Positions 28,174 through 37,162 of a DNA stretch of 64,000 bases are shown piece by piece. The stretch spans positions 3,264,001 to 3,328,000 of the forward strand of contig OZ244561.1 in assembly GCA_965217585.1 (NCBI GenBank), read 5' to 3'. Below the pieces are notes generated by a model. It made no database searches. It had not been told where the DNA came from and was given only the letters and a program-made list of their open reading frames with translations. Source of the DNA: Candidatus Latescibacterota bacterium (GTDB lineage Bacteria > Latescibacterota > UBA2968 > UBA8231). Every line of letters starts with the position of its first letter. Position 1 is the first letter of the stretch. A program made the translations under genes and the position numbers.

Positions 28174-29439
28174 CAGGGCAATCGCATTATAACTGTCCAT
28201 GTGCCAATAGGTTCGCCAAATATTTGTGGTCCCACCCGGCCTTGAGCCGTTTGGTTTGCATGCCGGCTTTGGTCGTTTTGTCTTGCTGGAGTAGATTGAG
28301 CGCGATGTGGCGTATAACGGCCATATTTTCGGGGCCATGCCCCCGGCGTATGCGGGACTGATCTTCGTTGAAGACGACATCGAGGATCCAGTGTAATGAA
28401 TTTTCAATGGCCCAAGGACCGCGCACGGCCTGTCCCAATCGTTGGGCGTTGTTGTCCAGGGTGGAGATATAGTAGCGTCGTTCGACCGAAACGCTATCGC
28501 CGCGGTGCCGGGTGGCCTCGACCATACCGAACAGGCGTAAGCCCGGCCAGTGAGCATGATCGGCAAAAGCCTCAATCTGGTTGGTGGTCCAGTACTGCCG
28601 CGTTTCTCGACGCCCGTGGTTTTCGTCCTGAGTAAACCAATAATCTACGGTGGGGTCGGCGTGGAGTTTGGAGTCGGAACGGTCAAAGAGTTGTTGAAGA
28701 TGGGCGTGGAGTTGGGGTTGATTCTCCTTGACGGCCAGCACGTAGTCGGCCTCTTGTTCGACGACCTGTTCGGCCGTGCTTTTATGACACCCCAAGGCAT
28801 CGGGGGTGACCAGGCAGCCTTTGAGGTCTAAAACACGTAATAATTCGGGGATGAGCGCAATTTCTTCGAGGGCTTCTTCACCATGGAATTGCCCCAAGAC
28901 CAGCCGATTTTTTACCGCCCAAGCATGCACCCTGTGGATGGCGGCTTGGCCCGAGTCTGTATCGTAGGAGCGGCGCAGTGTCTTGCCATCCAGCGGCACG
29001 ATCTCGCCCTCGTCGGCCAACAGGGGCGTCAGCGATTGCACCCAAGCGGTAAAACAGTCTTGGAAATGCCAAGGCGAAATACGGGCCAACACACGACCGA
29101 AGGTATCATGCGAGGGGATGCCGTTCGGCACGGCTAGAAAGGTCTTAAGCCAGTCGGCTTTAGCCCGGCCAAATTCGGCGATCGCCACCCAGTTGTCGGC
29201 CCCACAAATGGAGCCGCACACCGCAATCATGAGAATATCAATCAAGCGATGCGCCCGACAACGCTCCATACGCGGGTCGGGGATATCGGCCAAATAATCC
29301 AGCAACCCCGAAGACGATGAGGACATGAAGAAACACTCCAGGCAAGAGGGAAATGGGAGGACATGAACCTAAGCTCCATAGAACGGCCAAAAGTAACATA
29401 ACCGCATGGTAAAAATTAACTTATAATGCGATTGCCCTG
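28174..29439 (-). mobile_element. ISAs1-family insertion sequence
   Basis: TIR CAGGGCAATCGCATTATAA; 10-bp TSD CACGGTGCCC. Confidence 0.92.
28187..29326 (-). CDS. ISAs1-family transposase
   Basis: IPDPR, GIPSHDTF, DGKTLRRS, WAIENSLHWILDV.F.ED. Confidence 0.93.
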   Translation of the reverse strand: MSSSSSGLLDYLADIPDPRMERCRAHRLIDILMIAVCGSICGADNWVAIAEFGRAKADWLKTFLAVPNGIPSHDTFGRVLARISPWHFQDCFTAWVQSLTPLLADEGEIVPLDGKTLRRSYDTDSGQAAIHRVHAWAVKNRLVLGQFHGEEALEEIALIPELLRVLDLKGCLVTPDALGCHKSTAEQVVEQEADYVLAVKENQPQLHAHLQQLFDRSDSKLHADPTVDYWFTQDENHGRRETRQYWTTNQIEAFADHAHWPGLRLFGMVEATRHRGDSVSVERRYYISTLDNNAQRLGQAVRGPWAIENSLHWILDVVFNEDQSRIRRGHGPENMAVIRHIALNLLQQDKTTKAGMQTKRLKAGWDHKYLANLLAHGQL

Positions 29440-29517
29440 CACGGTGCCCTTGGCTTAGATCCCTTCGGGCCTTCGCCCAACCGTTGCGCGGTTCGGGGGC
29501 ACTGAAACGTTATACGA

Positions 29518-30354
29518 ATGACAGAGTTAGAGGGATCAAGAGGCAATCAGGTAAGCCGATGTCGGATGGGACGCACGGATTCGTACTTGATATGCTCCAC
29601 CCCACGCACAGGCAGTACTTTGTTATGTGGATTGCTGGAGTCCACGGAAGTCGCAGGTCGTCCTGAGTCATACTTCCGCCAGCCCGACGAGCAATCGTGG
29701 GCCGTCCGGTGGGGCATCGTCCGCTCGCCCGATGGGGTCTTTGAATATGCCGAATACGTGCGAGCGGCCCTTGCCTCAGGTAGGACCGAAAACGGAGTGT
29801 TTGCCGCAAGGATTATGTGGGGAACTTTGGACCATGTGGCCGACAAGTTAGGCGCGATCTATCCAACTCTCACTGGTGCCGATACCGAGCTATTGAACCA
29901 AGCGTTCGGCCATACGCGCTTTGTCTACCTGAAGCGCGACGATGTTCTGGCGCAGGCCGTGTCCTGGCACCGCGCCGAGCAAACCAACGTTTGGTTCGAG
30001 ACCGATCAGTCGGAATCGAAACAGCCCGAACAAGAACCCTGGTTCGACTTCGACCAGATCTGCAAGTTGGTTCAGGTGATCAATGAGCACAATGAGGCAT
30101 GGCGGGCGTGGTTTGCTTCGGTTGGTATTCAGCCACACCTAGTGCGGTACGAAGACCTTGCCGCTGACCCCGTCGGTGTGACTTGCGGCATTCTTGACTT
30201 CCTTAAGCTGGAGTTACCACCTGGGCGCAAGATTCAGACACGCCACAAGCGTCTAGCTGACGAACTCAACGCCCAATGGATCGACCGCTACCGAGCTGAG
30301 CAAGCAGAACGCTTGAGTGTGTCCTCGGAGTCCGAAAGGGACAAATTCGTATAA
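29518..30354 (+). CDS. Stf0-family sulfotransferase (gene cassette)
   Basis: CSTPRTGSTLL, GRPESYF, LKR.D.LAQAVS, YEDL; the stop codon lies inside R''. Confidence 0.88.
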   Translation: MTELEGSRGNQVSRCRMGRTDSYLICSTPRTGSTLLCGLLESTEVAGRPESYFRQPDEQSWAVRWGIVRSPDGVFEYAEYVRAALASGRTENGVFAARIMWGTLDHVADKLGAIYPTLTGADTELLNQAFGHTRFVYLKRDDVLAQAVSWHRAEQTNVWFETDQSESKQPEQEPWFDFDQICKLVQVINEHNEAWRAWFASVGIQPHLVRYEDLAADPVGVTCGILDFLKLELPPGRKIQTRHKRLADELNAQWIDRYRAEQAERLSVSSESERDKFV

Positions 30355-30437
30355 CACGACCATACCCGGCTACGGCCATTCGCGCCTTGGCCTTCAGCAA
30401 CCTGCTGCGCGGGGTCGCAAACCGAAAAACGTTAACG
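30349..30437 (+). other. attC site
   Basis: GTATAAC...family core...CGCAAACCGAAAAAC-GTTAACG. Confidence 0.8.
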
Positions 30438-30472
30438 GAAATTTCAAAAATAGGAGGTTCAAGATCAGCTCT

Positions 30473-31630
30473 ATGAGCCTTTCACAAGATATTCAGGACT
30501 TAGCGCAAGAGGGTGCTGATTCTGTATTCGAGTATATCAATCGGACCGCCGAAATGACTCCTGAAGGGGCTAGATGGAAGACCCTTAGTATGCAGGACGA
30601 CTACTACTACGATATCAGCGTCTATAACGGAGTTGCAGGTATCAGCCTATTTCTCTCAGACTTCTTTCGCGTCACTGGCACTGCTAAGGCGCGCGATTTA
30701 GCCCTTGGAGCCAATCAGTGGTGTACGGCCAATGAACATACAGTTATTGGCAAGCGAAGGGGCTTGTGCGATGGTTGGACCGGTATTGGTATGGCTTGGC
30801 TTCACGCGTATACAGCGATTAATGAGTCACCTTTACTGACTGGAGCATATACCGCAGCGGATCGACTCACTCAAATGGATGCAGGCCCGGCGACGGAATT
30901 TCTGATTGGGGCGGCTGGTGAAGGGATATTCCTTATTCGGCTGTGGGAAGCCACCCGCAAAGACGCCTATCTCGAGGGTGCCCTTAAACAGGCGCAATGG
31001 TTAGAAAGCGTCGCTAGGCGAAATGAATTCGGCATACACTGGCCATTGATAGTCAATGATGCAACGCATGAACCCTTTCTTGGGTTTGTGCATGGTCCTG
31101 CTGGCATCGGGTATTTCTTCTTATTGCTGTACGAGGCAACAGGAGAACCACGCTGGTCGGAGCTCTGCCGTGAAATCGCGGATATGTTATTAAGGCGTGC
31201 GATCCCGGATCGAGGGGGTCTTAACTGGCCACAATTTGTACATGAAACAGAGGCTACGCGCTGCCAATGGTGCCACGGATCTCCGGGGGTAGGTCTTTTC
31301 TTTTCAAAAGCCTATGCGGTGTTAGAGGAAGAAGCGTACCTACAGACGGCAAAGGCCGCGGGTGAAACCACCTATGCTTATGGCGATGTACGAGCTAACC
31401 CCAGCCAATGTCATGGCTTGGCTGGCAATGCCGAGCTGTTTATTGAGTTGGCTAAGATTACAGACGATAAAATTTGGTCAGAACGAGCGTTTGAATTTGC
31501 GCAGAAAGCATTTAGTTACGAGAAGAGGGTGCCTGAAGGACCGATATGGCTTGCATCCGAATCTAGGTATGGATCTCCAGATTTCTTGACCGGTGCCGCA
31601 GGCGTTGGACACTTTTTTCTTAGGTTGTGA
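30473..31630 (+). CDS. Lanthionine synthetase C (LanC)-like protein; last ~10 codons displaced by IS
   Basis: YNGVAG, GFVHGPAG, WCHGSPG, QCHGLAG, LTGAAG repeats; native tail at 32735-32775. Confidence 0.85.
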   Translation: MSLSQDIQDLAQEGADSVFEYINRTAEMTPEGARWKTLSMQDDYYYDISVYNGVAGISLFLSDFFRVTGTAKARDLALGANQWCTANEHTVIGKRRGLCDGWTGIGMAWLHAYTAINESPLLTGAYTAADRLTQMDAGPATEFLIGAAGEGIFLIRLWEATRKDAYLEGALKQAQWLESVARRNEFGIHWPLIVNDATHEPFLGFVHGPAGIGYFFLLLYEATGEPRWSELCREIADMLLRRAIPDRGGLNWPQFVHETEATRCQWCHGSPGVGLFFSKAYAVLEEEAYLQTAKAAGETTYAYGDVRANPSQCHGLAGNAELFIELAKITDDKIWSERAFEFAQKAFSYEKRVPEGPIWLASESRYGSPDFLTGAAGVGHFFLRL

Positions 31631-32734
31631 TGTTACGCAGCCTTTAGCTGCTGTAATTCGTCAAAGGCGTGTCGAATGGCCTTGAGATAGAGTTTTGATC
31701 GGAGGGCAAACGGATTCATCCGATGCTTGATGCGCAGCCACTCTAGCGAGAAGGCCGCATAGATGGCCATAAAGACGTGATTGCTTTGGGTACGGACCCG
31801 TTTGGTCGGCGACTTGGCCAACGCGGCATGGGACTTGAGCGTTTTGTGAAAGACTTCGACTTTCCATCTTTTTTGATAGATCATCTCAAGGGCGTCTCCG
31901 TGTGGGTCGAGATCACTACAGGCCAGATACAAAAGGCCGGTGGAATCGTCTTTGTTTGTAAAGACTCGCCGATGCAGCAAGACTGGAAAAGGGAGTCCTT
32001 TGATCCAGGCGGTTACCGGCGTGGGGTCTGACCAGTCTAGCGTATCGATACGCACGAAGCGGCCGTGGGCTTTGTCTTGGGGGCTCAAGGCGACCGTCCG
32101 GTTGGATTTGAGGGCGACGATAAAGTGTTTCTTCAGGTCTTGGCGGATAAACAACAGGTTTTCCTTGGCCGCAAACCAACTATCGGCCAAGACATAGCGG
32201 TAGCTCAAGCGATTCTGTTGGCAGGTGCGTAGCATCTGCCGCAGCAACTGATTTTTGGTCACCTCGCTTTTGCGTTTGACTCGCCGCGTTTGCCGATCGC
32301 AAAACAGGATCGGTTTACGCACTAACTCATAGGCCACCGGCACACTGACATCGCCGGCCTGATAGATACAATTGAGCAGATTCAAGCCTTTGACGGAGCG
32401 GTTCTTACTATGATCGAAGTGCCAACAGATCAACTCATTTTCATCCGTGTGCGGCTTTTCCTGAATCGTATCATCGAAAATGAGCACCCCGTCTTCACGC
32501 TCGATGGTGCGCACCACGGATTTGACTTGATGCCAGAGCTCTTTCGACGTGTAGTCGGCTTGGGACAAAAACCGCGTCACTTGGTCGTGGCTGATTTGGC
32601 CATCTAACAAAGACGAAAGGCCGGTGGCGGTCGTCGCGCCAAAAGAACTCAACAGATAGTCACTATAGAGGTCTAACAGTTTTTTATCCATGACAGAAAA
32701 GATAAACCAAAGCCTAGCGGCTGCGTAACATCAC
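31627..32734 (-). mobile_element. IS701-family insertion sequence
   Basis: TIR GTGATGTTACGCAGCC; 7-bp TSD TTAGGTT. Confidence 0.9.
31633..32691 (-). CDS. IS701-family transposase
   Basis: SHDQVTRFL, FDDTIQEKP, ADSWF, YQKRWKVEVFHK. Confidence 0.92.
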   Translation of the reverse strand: MDKKLLDLYSDYLLSSFGATTATGLSSLLDGQISHDQVTRFLSQADYTSKELWHQVKSVVRTIEREDGVLIFDDTIQEKPHTDENELICWHFDHSKNRSVKGLNLLNCIYQAGDVSVPVAYELVRKPILFCDRQTRRVKRKSEVTKNQLLRQMLRTCQQNRLSYRYVLADSWFAAKENLLFIRQDLKKHFIVALKSNRTVALSPQDKAHGRFVRIDTLDWSDPTPVTAWIKGLPFPVLLHRRVFTNKDDSTGLLYLACSDLDPHGDALEMIYQKRWKVEVFHKTLKSHAALAKSPTKRVRTQSNHVFMAIYAAFSLEWLRIKHRMNPFALRSKLYLKAIRHAFDELQQLKAA

Positions 32735-32780
32735 TTAGGTTATTGCAATCTGATCTACGTATGCCTCTTATGTGACCGCA

Positions 32781-33340
32781 ATGGAGAAGCTGACGAAACG
32801 CCTGCTCCTGAGGGAGTTTACCAAACAAGACGTGGACTCCATCGCCGAGTTTAGGAAGGACCCAAGGTATCTGGAATACTACTACCGGCCCGCCTACACT
32901 AGAGAGGAGTGCGCCCGCTTTGTAGACAAGTGCATCGCATGGTCCAAGGAAAGTCAGAGATGAAGTTCCAGCTAGCCATCACGGACCGCTCTAATGGGGT
33001 ATTACTCGGAGACTGCGGAGTACGCACAGAAAGCATTGAGAGCCGGCGGGGTGACATAGGCTACGAGTTGTCGCCCGTTTATTGGGGGCAGGGCTTTGCG
33101 TCGGAGGCGGTCCGGGTCATCTTGCAGGTAGGTTTTGGAGATTTGGAGCTAGACGAGATTGAAGCCAGATGCGTTGTTGCAAACAAACGGTCTGTCCGGC
33201 TTCTCCACCGGCTAGGTTTCGAGGAGACCGAGCGCATACCGCCCGGACCGGATAGAGGCGGATTTGCAGACCGCATATTGCCCGAGCGGTCTGTATTTCT
33301 CTTGTATCGGGACAAATGGGTCCACAGCTTATCTGCTTGA
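32781..33340 (+). pseudogene. RimJ/RimL-type GNAT, frameshifted near 32958
   Basis: TKRLLLREF in one frame and IGYELSPVYWGQGFASEA in the next; native tail lies after the IS at 34636-34656. Confidence 0.8.
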
Positions 33341-34635
33341 ATTCGACAGGTAGGTTGATATTTAGGCTCGAACAGGCATCGGAGTCTCCCTATTTTGGGA
33401 TAGCTTGATTCACCGCCATGGATCATCTACCCCAGGGAAACTCCGATGCTGAACCTGACTCGCTTGCCTGTGAACCTTCGTTATTTTTTGCGTGGGACTC
33501 AACATTTTTTTCGTCATCGCCATCATCTGGTGTTCTGTTGGAGTATGACGCTGTTGTTAATCTATCAAGATAAAGCGACGCTGTGTGGTTTAGCCCGCTT
33601 GGGGCCTAACCATATAGCGGAATGGCACTTACGTCGCTTGCTGAGTGCGACCTACTGGAGTTGGCGGTTGCTGTTGGGGTACTTGGTTGATGCGGTGATC
33701 GCCGGGCTGCCACCGGCGGAAGACGGTCGGGTGTTGGTGATCGTCGACGGGACCTACAAAGCCAAGGTGGCCAAGAAACATCCGTTGGTGCGCAAAGCCC
33801 GCGCCGATGGCTATAGTCCCTTTCTGTGGGGGTTTGAAGTGATCCTGGTCATGCTGCAGTGGGGCAATTATCGAATCCCTATCGATTTCGAGTTGGTTCG
33901 GCGTAAAGAAGACCCGGCCTATCAGAAGCCCAATGTGTTGTTTCGTCAGATGCTGACCGCCTTGGTACCACCGGCTTGGGCCCAGCAAGTGATCGTGGTC
34001 GCCGATGCCGGGTTTCCCGCTAAAGAAACGCTGCACTTGATCCAGCAACGAGGCTTCTTTTTCGTCATGAGTCTGCCCCGCACCTGGAAGTTTGAAGACG
34101 GCCATACGCTCAAAGATTGGGTCCATCATACGCGCCATACCTGTTATCGAAAAATCTGGTTTCGTCCGCACGGCTCCCGTCGGCGGGTCTATTGGGTCTA
34201 CCGCGGTCGTAAACGCCTGCGACACATCGGAGATGTCACGTTGGTCTTGAGCAAGAAACGGCGCAACGATTCGCCGAAACAAACCAAAATCCTGGTGACC
34301 AATCTACCGGACGTGACCGCAGGCCAACTCGTCGTGTTGTATACCCGCCGCTGGCACGTGGAACTGCTCATCAAAGAATTGAAAGGGGCCACCGGATTAG
34401 GACAAGCCCAGGTGACCAAGCAGACCCAACGAGTCGAACGCTCCGTCGCGTTGTCCGTTATGGCCTACTTGGTTTTGATCCATTTTCGGCAGCGGGATAT
34501 TCCCCACCAAGGACCGTGGAGTGCGTTTACCCTCAAGCGAAATTTTGCTTGGGAGTGTGCGCGAAAACAGATTGAACATAACCAAAAACGAACCTACACA
34601 AAGGCCGCCTAAGACAACTACCTGTCGAATTCAAC
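33336..34635 (+). mobile_element. Insertion sequence (IS701/IS4-like)
   Basis: TIR TTGAATTCGACAGGTAG; TSD (C)TTATCTG; ends uncertain by 1 bp. Confidence 0.85.
33446..34612 (+). CDS. DDE transposase
   Basis: IVDGT, VADAGF, YTRRWHVELLIKELK. Confidence 0.88.
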   Translation: MLNLTRLPVNLRYFLRGTQHFFRHRHHLVFCWSMTLLLIYQDKATLCGLARLGPNHIAEWHLRRLLSATYWSWRLLLGYLVDAVIAGLPPAEDGRVLVIVDGTYKAKVAKKHPLVRKARADGYSPFLWGFEVILVMLQWGNYRIPIDFELVRRKEDPAYQKPNVLFRQMLTALVPPAWAQQVIVVADAGFPAKETLHLIQQRGFFFVMSLPRTWKFEDGHTLKDWVHHTRHTCYRKIWFRPHGSRRRVYWVYRGRKRLRHIGDVTLVLSKKRRNDSPKQTKILVTNLPDVTAGQLVVLYTRRWHVELLIKELKGATGLGQAQVTKQTQRVERSVALSVMAYLVLIHFRQRDIPHQGPWSAFTLKRNFAWECARKQIEHNQKRTYTKAA

Positions 34636-34692
34636 TTATCTGGTCTTGATGCTTAACTTAGGCACTATGATCTTTCTCACTGCAATGGAGGT

Positions 34693-35481
34693 ATGAAGCG
34701 TATGCGAATCGCCATCATCTCGGATATCCATGGAAATTCCGTGGCGTTAGAAGCTGTCTTGGACGATTTCAAAACAGAACACATGGATCGCATCGTGTGC
34801 TTGGGTGATGTCGTCTCCGGAGGTCCCCAACCAGGTGAGGTCATTGCCCATTTGAAAACGCTGAATGGTCCGGTCGTCATGGGTAACATGGATACGCGGT
34901 GTCTCAACCCATATCCAGGTGAAGGAAAGAGCAAGAACGCCAAGCGAGGAGGTGAAGTTCGATTCTGGGGTCTCCGCAAGCTATCACCTGACGATCTCGA
35001 CTACATGCGTACGTTCCAGGCAACGGTCGAGATGCCTCTCGATGCGAATACCAGTCTTCTTTGCTATCACGGTTCTCCACAATCCAATGAAGATGTAATT
35101 GCTTCAGCCACTCCAGATGAGGAAATGGAACGCATGCTGTCTGGTTATCGCGCTATGGTATTGGCTGGGGGACATACGCACACGCAGATGATTCGCTATC
35201 ATGGAGATAGCACGATAATCAATCCTGGAAGTGTTGGTGCTCCTATTCATGCGCACGAGCGCATACGCCGAGTTACGCAACGTCCATTGAGTGATCTGCA
35301 CGATAGGGAATATCCTCCCTGGGCAGAATATGGAGTTATTGCATGGGAGAATAGGAGCCTTCGTATCGAGTTGCGCCGCGTGCCGATTGATATCGATCTG
35401 CTGGTGAAAAAAACGCACGAGAGTGGGATGCCACACGCTGATTGGTGGTTGACTTCACGGTATGGAGATTCGGTGAAATGA
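34693..35481 (+). CDS. Metallophosphoesterase
   Basis: SDIHGN, LGD, GNMD, HGSP, GHTH, NPGSVG. Confidence 0.9.
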   Translation: MKRMRIAIISDIHGNSVALEAVLDDFKTEHMDRIVCLGDVVSGGPQPGEVIAHLKTLNGPVVMGNMDTRCLNPYPGEGKSKNAKRGGEVRFWGLRKLSPDDLDYMRTFQATVEMPLDANTSLLCYHGSPQSNEDVIASATPDEEMERMLSGYRAMVLAGGHTHTQMIRYHGDSTIINPGSVGAPIHAHERIRRVTQRPLSDLHDREYPPWAEYGVIAWENRSLRIELRRVPIDIDLLVKKTHESGMPHADWWLTSRYGDSVK

Positions 35482-35554
35482 GGATCACAGAGGAACATGG
35501 GATGGGGCTGCACTTTCGCAGTTCGATCATTAAAAGTGCAAGTGCCAACGCCCC

Positions 35555-37162
35555 TCACCCGCCCCGGCGCAGCACCTGCCCGCCCCGCGCCCCGGTCCAC
35601 GCCCCGTCTTCGAGTGTGGGCACGCCGTTGACCAGCACGTGGACCATGCCCCGGGCAGTGAGATTGGGCGCGGCGACCGTGCCCCGTTCGCGGAAAGTCT
35701 GGCCGTCGAACACCGCCAGGTCGGCCCAGGCACCCGGACGGATCGTCCCCCGGTCTTTCAGACCGAGGCGGCCGGCCGGCAGCCCGGTGAGACGGTGGAC
35801 GGCCGCCTCCGGGGACAAAAGACCCGTATCGCGCACAAAATGCCGGAAAAACCAGCCCGCCCAGGTATAGGCCCCGTGGAAGACAGCCCCCTGCAGCGGA
35901 CCGTCGGGGCACAGGGCCGTGGCGTCCGAGCCGACCATGCAGCGCGGGTGGGCGAACACCCGGCGCACCTCGTCTTCTCGGTAGCAAAAGGCCAAGATCA
36001 TCGGCTCGTGGACCCGGTCCTGCGCCGCCAGCAACAACTCGCAGATAAGGTCGACGGGCTCCAGCCCCATATCCCGGCCAATATCGGCCAGACTCTGTCC
36101 GGCCAGCTCGGGACGGGGCCCGTACTGCGACAGGAGAATCCGCTGCCAATCGCCTTGGGCCAGCCCCACCACAATACTGCGGTACGTCCCCACTCGCCGC
36201 CGCACCTCGGGATCGCGTAGCCGCGCCGCCACTGCGGCTTGGTCGCCCTCCAGCACCTCGGGCGGCAGCGCCGCGCTCAGATTCGTCGTGCCGAACAACC
36301 GCGTGTGCATATCGAAGTCCACGTCCAGCCCGGCCCGCCGCGCCCGGTCCACCTGCTTTAGGGCCCCGTCCACGGCTCGGACGCCGTCTGCGGCCAGCCG
36401 CGCCACCACCGAGATATGGGAAATCTGCAGGGCCACGCCCGCGGTTTGAGCCGTGCGGATGGCCTCGGCAATGGTCTCCTGGTCCTCGCCCGCCCGATTG
36501 CGCGTATGGGTGGCGTACAAGCCCCCGCACTCGGCCACCACGCCGCACAACTCGGCGATCTCCTCCTCGGAGCAGGCCCGCTCCGGCCCGTATTCCAGAC
36601 CCGTGGAAAAGCCAAAGGCGCCCTCCTCCAAGCTCGCCTGCAGCAGCTCTTTCATGCGCCTCAACTCATCCGGTGTGGAAGGCCGGTCCACCAGACCGGC
36701 CACGGCTAGGCGCAGCCGGCCGTTGGGCACCAGGGTCAGCACGTTGACCGCCGGCCGGCGCTCTTGCAGCCGTTCGAGGTACTGGCCCACGCTGCGCCAG
36801 TCAATGGGATAGTCGGCAGCGTACCCGTACACATTCATCCAGGCGGTGGTCGGATCGGTTAGGGGGGCGCAGCCGTGGCCGCAGTTGCCCACCACTTCGA
36901 GGGTCACCCCCTGGGCAATCGAACTCATCGCCCGAGGGTCGGCCAGCAAAGTAAAATCGGAATGACTGTGGATGTCGATAAAACCCGGCGCGACCCACAG
37001 ACCCGCGGCCTCCAGCACCCGGTCCGCGGTCCCGGGCCAGCGAGGTTCCACGTACGCAATGCGGCCGTCTTTGATCGCCACATCCGCGCTCAGGGGCGCT
37101 TTGCCCGTGCCGTCGATTACGGTGCCGCCCCTGATGAGCAGATCCGCTGGCGCCGGGCTCAT
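35555..37162 (-). CDS. N-acyl-D-amino-acid deacylase (amidohydrolase)
   Basis: PGFIDIHSHSD, GNCG, STGLEY, ADLAVFD; true start MSPAPAD at 37162 overlaps the upstream stop. Confidence 0.9.
   Translation of the reverse strand: MSPAPADLLIRGGTVIDGTGKAPLSADVAIKDGRIAYVEPRWPGTADRVLEAAGLWVAPGFIDIHSHSDFTLLADPRAMSSIAQGVTLEVVGNCGHGCAPLTDPTTAWMNVYGYAADYPIDWRSVGQYLERLQERRPAVNVLTLVPNGRLRLAVAGLVDRPSTPDELRRMKELLQASLEEGAFGFSTGLEYGPERACSEEEIAELCGVVAECGGLYATHTRNRAGEDQETIAEAIRTAQTAGVALQISHISVVARLAADGVRAVDGALKQVDRARRAGLDVDFDMHTRLFGTTNLSAALPPEVLEGDQAAVAARLRDPEVRRRVGTYRSIVVGLAQGDWQRILLSQYGPRPELAGQSLADIGRDMGLEPVDLICELLLAAQDRVHEPMILAFCYREDEVRRVFAHPRCMVGSDATALCPDGPLQGAVFHGAYTWAGWFFRHFVRDTGLLSPEAAVHRLTGLPAGRLGLKDRGTIRPGAWADLAVFDGQTFRERGTVAAPNLTARGMVHVLVNGVPTLEDGAWTGARGGQVLRRGG

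Larger units (their letters stand above)
28158..29515 (+). other. attC site split by ISAs1
   Basis: Removing the IS gives GTATAAC-ACGGTGCCC...GGGGCACTGAAAC-GTTATAC. Confidence 0.82.

Noticed and set aside
30317-30472. N-terminal extension of the LanC-like ORF as a leader peptide
   Set aside because: It crosses the attC site; the ATG at 30473 after AGGAGG is the more plausible start.
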